Of a stretch of DNA of 64,000 nucleotides, positions 61,827 through 64,000 are shown piece after piece. Numbering within the stretch: the stretch's first letter is position 1; every line of letters starts with the position of its first letter. The stretch comes from Salpingoeca rosetta. Lineage: Eukaryota > Protista > Choanoflagellata. Both the position numbers and the translations under genes were made by a program. The stretch is taken from contig JAWQFM010000017.1 in the NCBI GenBank assembly GCA_033442325.1, positions 803,639 to 867,638 of the forward strand, in the 5' to 3' direction. The notes beneath the pieces were generated by a model. That model was given only the letters and a program-made list of their open reading frames with translations, searched no databases and was not told where the DNA came from.

Positions 61827-62069
61827 GCACAGCGAGCAACAGAGCAAGCAACAAAGCAAGCAACAAGAATGGCAGCCTTCAGAGACGCACACACGTATGT
61901 ACAGAGGTACATGGAAGCACACGGTGCGTGGCGTGTACCGAGGAGGGTTCTGCTGTCGCCAAGGTTGACGATGGCCATGTGGTGCGGCAACACAATCACA
62001 CCCGTTGCCGTCGTTCCAGACTCCTCGGGGTGCATCTGAAACACGTGGCGTTCATGCATACACACACAC

Positions 62070-62142
<73 letters not shown>

Positions 62143-62486
62143 CGTACGTGTGGTTGTGAACGAGAATGCAAGAACAAGATCAGTGCAAATGAGTTGCACG
62201 CAGCGAACATACAAACAGTCTCTCCCACGTTAACGCGCGCGCACACACACACACACACACAACACAACGCAGCAAGAAGGTGTGGTCGCAGTTGTGTGCA
62301 TGTATTCTCACCGAGCCTTCCGTCCACCCCAGATCTTCACGCAGTAGTTCATCTGTCACATGTGCGCAGAGGGAAGAAGAGGCGACAACTCGGCGTCAGC
62401 AACGCTGTAAGTGCTTCGTGCACCCCATGCACACACAAACAAATGGCAAATAAAACAACACACACGCACGCAAACCCAGACAGACA

Positions 62487-62519
<33 letters not shown>

Positions 62520-63528
62520 ACAGGCAGGCAGGCAAACAGATAAACGGACAGACAGACAAACACACACAGAGACACACAAGCACATGCCAGAGCACACCCA
62601 CCGGTCTGGATGAATGCGTCCACGATGGCGGCGCGGAGGCGATCGGGAAACTCCGGCGTGTCTTCGCTGTCAGGCGACATCTTGTCCAAGCGCTTGCGGA
62701 GTTCGCGGGGCAAGTACCTTCAGCGTCAATGGTGGCGATGCGGGCAATGGAAGCGGTGGTATTAGGTGGCGTTGGCGTTGTTGTTGACGGTTTTGTTGGT
62801 GAGCGATGATGGTGTTGAGAACAAGTATGTGTGTGTGTGTGTGCGTGTGTGTGCGAGACGGGCAAGTGCCCCATTTCCGACGATAACACTTACGTTTTCA
62901 CAATTTGTGCGGCGGCCTCAGATCCGTGGCCGTCAAACACGAAGAAGGCGCCTGTTTCCTTATCGCCGTGGAAGATGCCAAACTGGGACGGAGGGGAGAG
63001 GGAGTGTGTGTGTGTGTGTATGAGTGAGGGAGTGAGGGAGAGACAGTGTATGTGTGAGACAGAGACAGACAGACAGACAGACAGACAGACGGAAGTTGGA
63101 GAACCTCTGTTGAGCTCTGCACAGCGCACAACTGGGATAGCGCGCGCACACACACACACGCACACACACATGGCACAGCCCCTTCCCTCTTCTTCTGCTC
63201 CCCTCACTTTCTTCCGCTTGCTTGCTTACCTCACACATGTCTTGATCTTCCATCGTGGCGCGGTATCCCTGAATGGCATATGTGCCACACCTGTCATGCA
63301 TCCATGCACACATATCAGACACGATCGGACGAACCTACGGCACAGAGTTCACAGCAGCACATGCCGTGGGCACACCACGATACATAACACAGCACACAGC
63401 ACAACACACACACACACACACACAGCACAGTGCACGGCTCACGAGAGCTTCTGGGATGGCGAGGCTGCCTCTGATTTCGCAGGCTTCTTTACAGGCCGCC
63501 GAAGCAGCTGAGAGCCTTGCTGACCCAT
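59567..63528 (-). CDS. Protein phosphatase 2C (PPM family, PPM1A/B-like) with a long low-complexity C-terminal tail; multi-exon
   Basis: MGQQGS start, [61 protein letters not shown]. Confidence 0.92.
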
Positions 63529-64000
63529 AACAGCGTGAAATCCAGATCGCAACAAAGGTATGGGGAAGAAAAAAAAAAACCAAACCGATCGGAGAATCTA
63601 AAGCGACCCCTCAACCGCCACAAGCAACTTGGGTTCCACCACCCACACGCTCGCACGCTCGCGGGTGGTTTCCTGCCACACACGCTCACACACGCTCACA
63701 CGCGCTCACACTCTCTCCCTCTTATCGCCCTCGCTCCCTCAGGTCGGGCCTGCACAATCGGGGTGAGCTGCAACGTTCTTGGATGCGGTGCAGGTTGCTT
63801 GCGTTTGTTTGCGTGTGATGGGCTTGCAGAGGATCAATTGAAGATATGGCAATTCGTCACGACTCCCACAGCCACAAACGCAAACAAAGGAAGGAAGGAC
63901 GTGCAAAAGGCGCACTGCTGTGCACTTGAGCTCCACTTGCGTTGTTATCGCTTGCCAGCCTCTCTCCCCCGCTTGACTATTGCTTCCCAATACGCCCACG

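Overview
Intron-rich eukaryotic genomic DNA. GT-AG introns are filled with (GT)n/(CA)n microsatellites, exons are GC3-rich, and there are four N-gaps. The style and holozoan-type gene set suggest a choanoflagellate, probably Salpingoeca rosetta (inference). Most ORF-track entries are microsatellite or antisense noise. Manual splicing gives 13 genes, in order: carboxypeptidase D-like (+, 5' partial); secreted PAN-GH65/PGGHG-like glycosidase (-); a PKC with EF-hand pair, pseudosubstrate, C2 and kinase but no C1 domains (+); a 2-deoxy-scyllo-inosose-synthase-like sugar-phosphate cyclase (-) divergent from an aldo-keto reductase (+); CIAO2B/FAM96B (-); MARCH5-like RING-CH ligase (+); a truncated secreted-protein gene (-); RIM-binding-protein-like SH3/FN3 scaffold (-); giantin-like golgin (+); bacterial-type histidine phosphatase (-); golvesin/Xly-CBM-like membrane protein (+); and PP2C (-). 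Best candidates for new biology: the DOIS-like cyclase plus AKR pair (possible cyclitol/quercitol pathway), the C1-less EF-hand PKC, and a structured ~300-nt intronic element. The region ~31.5-37.9 kb looks misassembled. All homology calls rest on motifs recalled from memory; no searches were run.
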